Origin: Candidatus Thermofontivivens primus
GTDB taxonomy: Bacteria > Sysuimicrobiota > Sysuimicrobiia > Sysuimicrobiales > Thermofontiviventaceae
NCBI GenBank assembly: GCA_031458695.1
Contig: JAVKJW010000003.1
Location: 32,001 to 96,000, forward strand
DNA length: 64,000 bases
Direction of reading: 5' to 3'
The notes below the pieces were generated by a model that ran no database searches, was not told the DNA's origin, and worked only from the letters and a program-made list of their open reading frames with translations. Position 1 is the stretch's first letter, and every line of letters begins with the position of its first letter. The translations under genes and the position numbers were made by a program. This document shows, piece by piece, positions 1 through 8,379 of this stretch.

Positions 1-255
1 CAATGTCCCCCGATTTCGTGGATGCGCAGGGTGACCGACGAACTTCACAACCCGCCCATTGATCCGCCTGGCCAGGATCCCGCAGTCCTGCTTTCCGATC
101 CAACAGGTGGTGGGAACCCACTCCTCAGTCGCAGGTACGCTGGGAGGCTGTCCGGCAACCAGGGTCTCTAGCCCCCCAAAGAGGAAGCGACTCGCGAGGA
201 GCCCGCCACCAGCAACGGCAGAGGTCTTCAGGAAAGTCCTTCTGCTGATCTTCAT
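1..255 (-). CDS. Tat-exported molybdopterin oxidoreductase catalytic subunit (DMSO reductase family), N-terminal part; runs off the window
   Basis: Not in the ORF track. Manual translation from ATG at 255: MKISRRTFLKTSAVAGGG...EEWVPTTCWIGKQDCGILARRINGRVVKFVGHPAHPRNRGTL. Twin-arginine signal, N-terminal Fe-S region with GHPxHPxNxGxL, and GAGGTG RBS upstream. Confidence 0.85.
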   Translation of the reverse strand, partial: MKISRRTFLKTSAVAGGGLLASRFLFGGLETLVAGQPPSVPATEEWVPTTCWIGKQDCGILARRINGRVVKFVGHPAHPRNRGTL

Positions 256-540
256 CGCTCCACCTCGCTCTGCGTTGTTCCACTCCTGACCATTGGCGAT
301 TTCTCCCCGCTCAACCTTACCATTCCCTATAGCGCAGGGGGATCGGGGGGGCTCTGTAAACAGAACATCGGAATGTGGGGAAAATCCCTAAAGACATCCT
401 CTGCGGAACTGAGGGGAGCTTCGGTCAAAGAACGGAGATGTGCGCGGAAGGGTGATGGGAGAAACCGATCCAGTGGGCTCGAAGCCTGCATAGGCAGGAT
501 GCGGGGAATTCTCGCGAGAATGTTCCCATTTGGGGGTGCA

Positions 541-1461
541 TTGCTGGTGAGCAGGTTGATCCGGATCCTTCTCATCGCTTTGACCGTGGTCCTCCTTCTC
601 AGCGGCTGTACTTCCCGTCCCTCCTACCGGAAGGTCCGATTGAATGAGGTGAGGGAAATCGCTTCCACTCCTCACCCATCGAAATTGGCCCTGAGAGTGG
701 CAGTGGCAAACGTGCTCTCCCCGCAGAGTTCTGTGAAGACCTACGGAGAGCTTCTGGCCTATCTCGAGCGAAAACTGGGTCGGCCGGTGGTGCTCATCCA
801 ACGTACGTCCTACGCGGAGATCAACGATCTTATCCGGTTTGGCGGAGCCGATATGGCTATCGTCTGCTCGGGGGCGTACGTCCTTGGACGGCGAGATTTC
901 GGCATGGAACTCCTTGTGGCGCCCCAAATGAATGGGAAAACGGTGTACTACTCCTACCTGATCGTCCCCTCGGACAGCCCGGCACAAACCCTCCGCGATC
1001 TTCGAGGCAAGATCTTCGCCTTCACTGACCCGTGGTCGAACTCCGGGCGCATTGCTCCGACTTATCAACTCTTGAGGTTGGGCGAGCGGCCAGAGACATT
1101 TTTTAGTAAGGTCATCTTTACGTATAGCCACGACCGGTCTATACAGGCCGTGGCAGATAAGCTGGTGGATGGGGCGGCGGTAGACAGCCTCGTCTACGAT
1201 GCGCTAAAGGTGGGAAACCCTGAGATGGTCGCAAAGACGCGGGTGATTGCAATCTGGGGACCATACGGAATTCCTCCCCTTGTGGTCCATCCAGCCCTGA
1301 ATCCGGAGATTAAGACCCGGCTGCGGCAGGTTCTTCTGGATATGGACCGTGACCCTGAAGGCCGGATGGTGCTCGCAAGGTTGCGGATCGATCGGTTCGT
1401 CCCCATCAAGGATGCAGCCTATAGCTCGGTCCGCACGATGGTGGAGGCGATGGGTCTATGA
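541..1461 (+). CDS. PhnD-fold oxyanion-binding lipoprotein, AioX/ArxX/ArrX-like sensor partner
   Basis: Lipobox LLLSGC; motifs VCSGAYV, YYSYLIV, DPWSNSG, SHDRSI, VDSLVY. No permease or ATPase follows; it overlaps a kinase gene instead. Start uncertain (TTG 541 or GTG 547; ORF open from 373). Confidence 0.8.
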   Translation: MLVSRLIRILLIALTVVLLLSGCTSRPSYRKVRLNEVREIASTPHPSKLALRVAVANVLSPQSSVKTYGELLAYLERKLGRPVVLIQRTSYAEINDLIRFGGADMAIVCSGAYVLGRRDFGMELLVAPQMNGKTVYYSYLIVPSDSPAQTLRDLRGKIFAFTDPWSNSGRIAPTYQLLRLGERPETFFSKVIFTYSHDRSIQAVADKLVDGAAVDSLVYDALKVGNPEMVAKTRVIAIWGPYGIPPLVVHPALNPEIKTRLRQVLLDMDRDPEGRMVLARLRIDRFVPIKDAAYSSVRTMVEAMGL

Positions 1462-2945
1462 ACCGGCGATGGGTCACGCTCTTCTGGAGGCTCGCAGGGT
1501 CCGTGCCGGTCCAGATCAAGATCATGGGGATTGCCATCGGTCTTGTTGCACTGCTCGGGGCATGGGCCACGATCCAGATGCGGGCTACCCTCAGCCAGAC
1601 GTTGCTAGAACAGTTGGAGGCTCGCGGGGTCTCCATCGCGAGCGATTTGGCCGCACGGAGTACAGATTTGATCCTTACAAATAACCTCTTTGCCCTCTAC
1701 GAGCTGATCCGGAATACCGTGGAGAACAACGCAGATGTACGCTACGCCTTTATCACCAACGTGCACAATGAGGTTCTGGTCCACTCCTTCCAACGCGGTT
1801 TCCCAACAGACCTCCTCCAAGCCAACACCGTTCGCCCTTCCGACCGGTACCACCTGGAGATTTTGGATACGGAGGAGGGTTTGATCCGAGATGTGGCAGT
1901 CCCCATCTTCGGAGGAAAGGCTGGAACGGTTCGCATTGGGTTATCTGACCGATCGGTGAGCAAGACGGTTGCATCCGTCACACGCCAGCTTGCCATCGCC
2001 ACAGCCGTGGTATCGCTTCTCGGCGTGGTGGCGGCGTATGTCCTGACCAAGGTCCTGACCAAACCGATCTTGGACCTCGTTGAAGCAACCCGTGCCGTGG
2101 CCAGAGGAGACCTGAGCGTGCAGACGGCCGTATGGGCAGACGACGAGATCGGCCGTTTGCAGCGGGCTTTCAACACCATGATCGCAGACCTCGCCCGTAC
2201 CCGCGAGGAGGGGAATCGGCTCTGGGAGGAGTTGAAGAAGAAGGAGGAGATCCGACGGTACCTCCTCGCAAGGGTGATCTCTGCGCAGGAGGAGGAGCGC
2301 AACCGCATCGCCAGGGAGCTCCACGATGAAGCCGGCCAGGCACTGACCTCTCTCATGGTAGGCCTGCGGGTCCTCGGGGAGAGCGGAAGTCTTGAGGAAA
2401 TCCGTCGGCGGGCAGAGGAGCTTCGGGATATAGCGGCGAAGACGCTTGAGAATGTGAAGAATCTCGCCGTAGAGCTCCGGCCGAGGATCCTCGACGACCT
2501 CGGGCTTGTGGCGGCGCTAGAGCGCATGACCAAGCAATGCTCCCGGCAGTTCGGCATTCGCATTGACTTCCAGGCAATCGGTTTGAACCGGCGCCTCCCT
2601 CTGGATGTGGAAGTTGCGGTCTACAGGATTGTTCAGGAGGCTCTGACCAATGTGGGCAAGCACGCCCAGGCGGAGAGTGCGAGCGTCCTTCTGGAGCAAC
2701 GCGATCATTCCTTGATCGCCATCGTGGAAGACGACGGCAGGGGGTTCGACGTCGAGCAGATCTTGCAGGAGAGCCGGCTGGATGCTAAGCTCGGGCTCTA
2801 TGGGATGATCGAGAGGGCTGATCTCATTGGGGGGAAGCTCTCTATCGAGTCCCGTCCCGGCGGGGGGACCACGGTATTCCTTGAGATCCCCCTCCCCTTC
2901 GAGCACATCGCTCCTGAGTCCACACACACAACAGGGAAGGGATAA
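1458..2945 (+). CDS. Membrane sensor histidine kinase (HAMP, HisKA_3, HATPase)
   Basis: Two TM segments, HAMP (DEIGRLQRAFN), EERNRIARELHDEAGQ H-box, QEALTNVGKHA, DDGRGF, GGGT. Confidence 0.95.
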   Translation: MNRRWVTLFWRLAGSVPVQIKIMGIAIGLVALLGAWATIQMRATLSQTLLEQLEARGVSIASDLAARSTDLILTNNLFALYELIRNTVENNADVRYAFITNVHNEVLVHSFQRGFPTDLLQANTVRPSDRYHLEILDTEEGLIRDVAVPIFGGKAGTVRIGLSDRSVSKTVASVTRQLAIATAVVSLLGVVAAYVLTKVLTKPILDLVEATRAVARGDLSVQTAVWADDEIGRLQRAFNTMIADLARTREEGNRLWEELKKKEEIRRYLLARVISAQEEERNRIARELHDEAGQALTSLMVGLRVLGESGSLEEIRRRAEELRDIAAKTLENVKNLAVELRPRILDDLGLVAALERMTKQCSRQFGIRIDFQAIGLNRRLPLDVEVAVYRIVQEALTNVGKHAQAESASVLLEQRDHSLIAIVEDDGRGFDVEQILQESRLDAKLGLYGMIERADLIGGKLSIESRPGGGTTVFLEIPLPFEHIAPESTHTTGKG

Positions 2946-2948
2946 GGG

Positions 2949-3602
2949 ATGGATCCAATCCGCCTCATCATCGCCGACGATCATGCTGTGCTCCGGGCTG
3001 GTCTCCGCCTGCTCTTAGAGAGCCAGCCTGATCTCCAAGTAGTAGGGGAGGCAGGAGACGGGTGGGAGACTTTGCAGCTTGCAGAACAACACAAGCCCGA
3101 CGTCATCCTTTTAGACCTCTCCATGCCCGGGCCAGGGGGATTAGAGGTCATCAAAGAGATCAAGCGCCGCGTCCCCAGAGCGAAGGTCCTTGTGCTGACC
3201 ATGCACGAGGATGAGGGGTACCTCCGAAGCGTGCTCAAGGCAGGCGGGTCGGGGTACGTGGTCAAGAAGGCTGCAGATACAGAGCTCCTCTCGGCGATCC
3301 GGTCGGTCCACAGAGGAGGTGTATACATCGACCCCTCCCTTACCCGCGGTCTCGTCGAGGAGATCCTTGAGGAAGAAGCCCCAGCCAAGAAGCTGGGCGA
3401 GGAAGTATTGAGCGAGCGCGAGCGGGAGGTCCTTGTCCTCCTCGCGCTGGGCCACACCAACCAGGAGATCGCAGAGAAACTTTGCTTGAGCGTGAAGACG
3501 GTGGAGACCTACCGAGCTCGGATCCAGGAGAAGTTACAGCTCCGCAGCCGGGCCGCCCTTGTCCGGTACGCCCTTGAACGAGGACTCCTCAAAGCTCAGT
3601 AA
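2949..3602 (+). CDS. NarL/LuxR-family response regulator
   Basis: IIADDHAVLRAGL, LLDLSMP, and LSEREREVL...TNQEIAEKLCLSVKTVETYR HTH. Confidence 0.95.
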   Translation: MDPIRLIIADDHAVLRAGLRLLLESQPDLQVVGEAGDGWETLQLAEQHKPDVILLDLSMPGPGGLEVIKEIKRRVPRAKVLVLTMHEDEGYLRSVLKAGGSGYVVKKAADTELLSAIRSVHRGGVYIDPSLTRGLVEEILEEEAPAKKLGEEVLSEREREVLVLLALGHTNQEIAEKLCLSVKTVETYRARIQEKLQLRSRAALVRYALERGLLKAQ

Positions 3603-3637
3603 GAACCAAGCCCCTCGCCAGATAAAACACTCAAGAC

Positions 3638-3667
3638 TTGCATCTGGAGCGGCGGATCGTCCATACT
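3638..3667 (+). promoter_or_regulatory. Putative sigma70 promoter of the tRNA-Ala
   Basis: TTGCAT (3638-3643), 18-bp spacer, CATACT (3662-3667), 11 nt upstream of the tRNA 5' end. Confidence 0.55.
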
Positions 3668-3678
3668 CCTACTAGGGT

Positions 3679-3717
3679 GGGGACGTAGCGCAGCTGGGAG
3701 AGCGCTTCGTTCGCAAT
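3679..3717 (+). pseudogene. tRNA-Ala(CGC) 5' half, truncated at the anticodon loop; probable att junction
   Basis: GGGGACG-TA-GCGC-AGCTGGGA-GAGC-G-CTTCG-TTCGCAA matches the acceptor 5' strand, D arm and anticodon 5' stem plus loop. The 3' stem, T arm and CCA end are absent. Confidence 0.85.
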
Positions 3718-3807
3718 TCGACCTCCATAGTTCTGAGGAGTATACGGGAATCTCTGTAAGTCAATCTGGGTGCGGGTTCCAGCTGTTTCACTGTAACTCT
3801 GAGCATG

Positions 3808-3856
3808 CCCCTGTACAGGGGGATTTTTCTCCTCTCATTTGCAATCCATTTGCAAT
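3808..3856. repeat. att-like repeats: palindrome CCCCTGTACAGGGG and direct repeat CATTTGCAAT x2
   Basis: Palindrome at 3808-3821; CATTTGCAAT at 3836-3845 and 3847-3856 (11-bp period), reminiscent of integrase arm-type sites. Confidence 0.55.
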
Positions 3857-3922
3857 TTTGGCGAGCTCTGGACAGGGGTCGGATAGCCGATGGCCACCGC
3901 AGGCAGAGGTGAAGGAGTCAAA

Positions 3923-4009
3923 CTACCTGCGGTGGTCTTTCCGGCGGATTCCCGAGCCTGCGCACTCTGAAAACACAAAGCGGGCATGATTCCAGGACTC
4001 TCCCGGATC
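3923..4009 (-). pseudogene. Possible degraded tyrosine-integrase fragment
   Basis: DPGESWNHARFVFSECAGSGIRRKDHRR* resembles the W...VF...G.P....RR segment of phage integrases. Short and weak. Confidence 0.3.
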
Positions 4010-5268
4010 TAAATAACTTTTCATGAAAGTTGAACATTGCCATCATGCCGCCTTGCGGATATTGCTGAGTTGGACGATCTTGCGATTGTGTTCATGGAGG
4101 TACTGCTCCGCTGCCGACATGAGCCAGTAGATGGACTTGTACCGGTGATTCCGCGTGACGTTGCCATGGAAATCTCTCCAGAACCGTTCAATGGCATTCT
4201 CATCTGGGCTGTAGGGTGGGAGGAGGTGCAACTGGATCCGCCCGTCCAACTGCTGGAGCATCGTCCTCGTCTGCTGGCTGGTATGGATTCGGAAGTTGTC
4301 CACAATCACGTGAATGGTATGAGCATCCGGGTACTGCGCGCAAAGTCTCAGGAGCAGGCGGATGAACAGCAAGCTGTCCTTTCGCTCTCCCCTTACCCAC
4401 GTCAGCCAGCGCGTCCTGGCGTCCATCGCCCCCGCAATGTATCGCTTTTCGTTCTTCCCTGGTGTGATCACTTGCCGCTGCTGCCCTAGCAGCATCTAGT
4501 CCATGCCAATCTTGGGGTTCAGGTCCACATCCACCTCATCCGCCCACACCGCTACCTCCCCTGGCCTCAGGTTCTCGATGATCCGGCGGATCTTGTTCAA
4601 CTGCCGCCTCTTCCTGGCCTTGCTCCAGGGACACGGGGCGATGGGTTTGGGCCGTCCCCTGCGCGCCCCGATGGCATGGAGGGCCCTGCTCATCGTGGAC
4701 CGGCTCACTTTGATCCCCGTTTTCTCCGCCATGGTCTGGATCAGCATCCCGATGGTCCAAGTGGGTCGAGGCCAGCGGTAGTGATAGGCAGGATGCTCCA
4801 GGACCTCCCACAGTACGTTCAGGAATTCTTCGTCGACCTTGACCTGGCCATTGTCCTCCCGCCGGTCGATCAAGCCTGCCTGCCCGTAGGCCTTGTAACG
4901 CTGCAACACACGCTGGACCGTGCCCACCGAGACTCCCACGACCTGGGCGATCAGCCGGTAAGTCCAACCCCTGTTGCGCAACAGCACGATCTGGCATCGC
5001 TTAGCCAAGCCTGCGTCCTTGGTCTTGCGGAGGGTTCGCTTCAAAGAGCGCCGCTCCCAACGGTTCAAACGGAGCTGGATTCCCCTGCTCCTCCGCTCCC
5101 TGGACCCTGGCGGGGGGATGGTGGTATACTCTCTGGTGGAAGGAGAGCCACTCTTCATCTCTGGACCTCCTTGTCTGAAGGTAAATTCCAGAGTAGGTGG
5201 TTCTCCTTCCTCGTACTTGATTTATGCTCATCCCGCAGGTTTGTTCAAGATTCGTGGGAAGCTATTTA
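4010..5268 (-). mobile_element. IS630-family insertion sequence
   Basis: Imperfect terminal IRs CTAAATAACTTTTCATGAAAGTTGAACA and CTAAATAGCTTCCCACGAATCTTGAACA; TA duplication in a CTAG target (ggatcTA...TAgaaa). Confidence 0.92.
4043..5158 (-). pseudogene. IS630 transposase interrupted by in-frame TAG at 4496-4498
   Basis: HTH region, then WADEVDVDLNPKIGMD*MLLGQQRQVITPGKN, IVDNFRIH, PPYSPDENAIERFW (DDE). The stop sits where IS630 enzymes have Trp. Confidence 0.9.
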
Positions 5269-5272
5269 GAAA

Positions 5273-5310
5273 GGGGTCCCCACGAAGCCTTTGACTTCGT
5301 GGGGTACCCC
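5273..5310. repeat. Strong palindrome (REP/MITE-like hairpin)
   Basis: GGGGT-CCCCACGAAG-CCTTTGA-CTTCGTGGGG-T-ACCCC. Confidence 0.7.
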
Positions 5311-5314
5311 CGAG

Positions 5315-5608
5315 ATCCTCAACGTGCTGGACAAGCTCCCACGCACCCAGCATGGAGCGGCCAAATCCATGCTCAGTGCCATTGCCTATGCCCCTACTCA
5401 GGCGCAGGCCAGCTAGAAACGCAGGGAGTTCGAGGCTTGGTGTCGGAAGCATGGGTACACGAAAGTAGCTCAGAAGAAGTTCCGAAGGCTCAACGCACCT
5501 AAGCTACTGGCAAAAGTCTACGCCGGGTCCAGTACAAAGATGGAGTCGAGGTAAGGCGGGAGGAGGTCGCCGCCTGATACGAATTTACACACCTCCTGAC
5601 GAAACCTC
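5315..5608 (+). mobile_element. IS256-family remnant: internally deleted transposase C-terminus plus right IR
   Basis: ILNVLDKLPRTQHGAAKSML...*...VAQKKFRRLNAPKLLAKVYAG then a frameshift to QYKDGVEVRREEVAA*. End TTTACACACCTCCTGACGAAACCTC resembles IS256 IRs. Confidence 0.75.
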
Positions 5609-5835
5609 ATTGGACTTTATTCCCACTAATGGTGGGATAGGATTGGGAACAGAAGAGCCTCTTCCCCTTCGGCGGGTGGTTCGGACCCACCAATGGGGGA
5701 GAGGGGGCAACTCATCGAATCCTGCTGGGATGGTGAGAGGGCTGACAGAAGGTCAAGAGGCTTATGGAATAGAGGGATTCCTCTGGGGTGGAGAGAATTC
5801 TTTCTCTACTCCTTTGAGGTGGGGATGAAGAAACC

Positions 5836-6711
5836 ATGAATGTGGAGCAAGAGATCGAGGGATTGGCCAAGCGTCTCTTGGACACGCTCGAGAAGGGTGC
5901 CTACACGAAGATCCTCCGCGAGTCGTTCCATCCATTCGTCGACCTAGTCGAGCGAGCTCCTGAGGAGGTGCCCCGGGTAATCCGCTGGGCTTTGGATGCC
6001 CTCTCTCCCCCTGCTGCCGCCGCAATCTTGGAATTGACGGAGCTTACTTTGGATTTTTCCCTGGGTGTGTGGCTCCCGAAGGCGGGCATCGTGACCGATG
6101 CTATGACGGCAACCCTTCTTGGAATGATCCTCACGGGCGGTGGAAGAGACCTCGAAGGTGTCTCGGAACGCTTTGATGCCGCACCCCTCGTGCGGCCACT
6201 CCGCTATGGATTCGGGATCCCTAAAGGCATTCATACCGCCATAGAAGGTGTCTTTCTCAATCCCTTGATCTTCGACGCCATCAACCTCGTGCACTTCCTC
6301 AGGCATCGCAGGTATGTCGCCGAGTCGATTCCCGAGATCCCTTTCGTTGGTTCCATCGTGCCCTGGGATGGATGGGCCCAGCTAGAGGCCTCTACCCAGA
6401 AGCCCGATAAGAGGTATCCTGGGAAGGGTTCACAGGACCAGCGGAAACGTCATGCCGCTCTAGGATGCGTGACAGTTACCCTCTTCGGACCAATAGACGT
6501 CTTGGAGGACATCTCAATCCAGATGTGTACAGACCGAGAACTCGAGGAATTGCGGAACCGGCTTTCCGCTGGCCTGGGTCTTACCTCAGAAGACTATTTG
6601 ATCCTGAATCCCTATCTGGAACGTCCCTCAGAGCTTCCGGTCGCCACGCAGAACCTCCTGAAGGAAGTTACTGAAACACTCCGGGAGGTTGCAGAGGAAG
6701 AGAACACGTAA
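5836..6711 (+). CDS. Hypothetical protein
   Basis: 291-aa ORF with ATG start and protein-like composition; no recognisable motif. Confidence 0.7.
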   Translation: MNVEQEIEGLAKRLLDTLEKGAYTKILRESFHPFVDLVERAPEEVPRVIRWALDALSPPAAAAILELTELTLDFSLGVWLPKAGIVTDAMTATLLGMILTGGGRDLEGVSERFDAAPLVRPLRYGFGIPKGIHTAIEGVFLNPLIFDAINLVHFLRHRRYVAESIPEIPFVGSIVPWDGWAQLEASTQKPDKRYPGKGSQDQRKRHAALGCVTVTLFGPIDVLEDISIQMCTDRELEELRNRLSAGLGLTSEDYLILNPYLERPSELPVATQNLLKEVTETLREVAEEENT

Positions 6712-6809
6712 ATCTGGCTCTTTCCCGCGATTCCCTCCTCACGACGGTTCTTACCTGAACCGGGAGAGAAGGGACTTCGAATGGAACTACGTCACAAGGG
6801 AGGTTGGGG

Positions 6810-7637
6810 TTGCACCGCTGGACCTTTTCAGCTACCGGGGAGAGTGAACTCGCTTGCCCGTATCGCTATGTGAGGACACACCTCCAAGAGGAATATATTC
6901 TGGCGCCCTTTGCGGCGAGCTGGGTCGGACAAAAGGTCCATGAGAGGATTGCCCGGAGTCTGCGGTATAGCCTGCCGGTCGACGAAAGGCCATTCTGGTT
7001 GCCCCCGAAGCTTGTGCTTCAAGAGGGAGAGAACCTTCAAGAACTTGTTCGGAGAGCGGAGTTGGGGCTGCAACGGTTTGAACGGGAGATCCGGCCTTCG
7101 CTGCTCGGCAAATCCCTGTCGATCGAAGAACGATTTGTCTGGGACTTCTGGCTAGAAGGCCGCCCTGTCCGTCTTGTGGGGAAAATGGACGTAGTGGTGA
7201 CAGGCGCGGAGGTGGACGAGATCCTCGACTGGAAGACGGGAGATGTTGCGGGGAGTCAAGATCAACTCCGCTACTATCTCGTTCTCTACCATCGCTCCAC
7301 AGGGAAGGTGGCGCAGAGGGCGCGAGCGATCGGACTCGAGACTGGGGACACACTGGAAGAATCCTGGCACGAGGAGCTAGAAGAATGGGCTATGACACGC
7401 GTGGCAACGATGGTAGAATTGAAGCTACGTACCCTGGAGAAACCGGACCAGCGGGAACCTGGCCCTCAGTGTCGTTTCTGTCCCTTCGCCAGCACGTGCC
7501 CGGCCAGTGTGGCCTCTTCAAGGTACCTTGTCGATACGAGAACTGGCCAGATCTCGCCACTCCGGGACGAAGTAGAGTGGCAGGAGCTATCCTCCCGTCC
7601 AGATTCTCTCGGGGTCGAAACTCCGGATGACTTCTAA
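6810..7637 (+). CDS. PD-(D/E)XK nuclease, Cas4/RecB(AddB)-like
   Basis: LACPY near the N-terminus, GKMD...ILDWKTG, QLRYY, and C-terminal CRFCPFASTC (four-Cys Fe-S staple). GGAGG favours TTG 6810 as start. Confidence 0.85.
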   Translation: MHRWTFSATGESELACPYRYVRTHLQEEYILAPFAASWVGQKVHERIARSLRYSLPVDERPFWLPPKLVLQEGENLQELVRRAELGLQRFEREIRPSLLGKSLSIEERFVWDFWLEGRPVRLVGKMDVVVTGAEVDEILDWKTGDVAGSQDQLRYYLVLYHRSTGKVAQRARAIGLETGDTLEESWHEELEEWAMTRVATMVELKLRTLEKPDQREPGPQCRFCPFASTCPASVASSRYLVDTRTGQISPLRDEVEWQELSSRPDSLGVETPDDF

Positions 7638-8348
7638 CTCCTCCGGAGTGGGGGGTTGAGTCTCGCGGATCTTTGATGTGGTTCGAAGAGGCCAGCCGGT
7701 TTCTGCAAGCACCATTTCCAGGTCCACTCCAGGGTGAATAGTATCCAGAACCATCTCCCGAGACTCTGGATCGAAGGTTAGAGTTGCTAGGGTTGTGATG
7801 ACCCTTGTGGGTCCTCCGCCCCGGAGGCCCACGCGTTCCCGCCAGTTTCCTCCTTCTCCGTATCCCGGCGAGGTCAGATAGGTAACTCGCTCTGGGAGAC
7901 GACGCCGCTCGTGGGGGATCATGACCACATAGCGGCGGCTCAGAGATGCGATATCACAGGCGCCCCCGCTCCCTGGGAGACGGATCCTTCCTCCATTCGC
8001 CCACGTGCTGTTGAGATTCCCAAACCGGTCAACTTCCGCGGCTCCGAGGAACCCTAGATCAACACGGCCTTGCTGGAGGATCCCCATCACATCGAGCAGG
8101 GTGGTGCAGGAAACAGCCATGGCGATGTTCGGCGGGTCGCTCATGGTGATGATCGGGCCAAGGGGAGGGGTGTCACGGATGATCCCGTTCTCGAACAGTC
8201 CAATTGCCCTAGGCGCGTGAAGAGTCTTTGCCACGGCGAACGCTAAGAGAGGCAGACGCATACCGACGAAGACCACTTCTCCATCACGGATCTCGCGAGC
8301 GGCCGCGGCAACCATGAGTTCTCGCAGGGTGTATTCTTTCGTGCGCAT
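7587..8348 (-). CDS. gctB: Family I CoA-transferase subunit B (glutaconate/3-oxoadipate CoA-transferase-like)
   Basis: VFVGMRLP, FENG, GAAEVDRFGNLNST, RLPGSGGACDIAS. Confidence 0.85.
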   Translation of the reverse strand: MRTKEYTLRELMVAAAAREIRDGEVVFVGMRLPLLAFAVAKTLHAPRAIGLFENGIIRDTPPLGPIITMSDPPNIAMAVSCTTLLDVMGILQQGRVDLGFLGAAEVDRFGNLNSTWANGGRIRLPGSGGACDIASLSRRYVVMIPHERRRLPERVTYLTSPGYGEGGNWRERVGLRGGGPTRVITTLATLTFDPESREMVLDTIHPGVDLEMVLAETGWPLRTTSKIRETQPPTPEELEVIRSFDPERIWTGG

Positions 8349-8379
8349 GGTTTACGTACCCCGGCAAAAGTTTGTGGGC

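Noticed and set aside
541..1461. Phosphonate ABC transporter phnD
   Set aside because: No phnCE; the gene is coupled to a sensor kinase and carries the Cys motif of the sensing subfamily.
3717..4009. Group I intron in the tRNA anticodon loop
   Set aside because: No tRNA 3' exon found downstream and no recognisable intron core; att-like repeats fit better.
4496..4498. Pyrrolysine or recoded TAG
   Set aside because: The stop replaces a conserved Trp (TGG to TAG) in a transposase, and TAG terminates many normal genes here.
6810..7637. CRISPR-Cas locus
   Set aside because: Only a Cas4-like nuclease; no repeat-spacer array or other cas genes are seen in the window.
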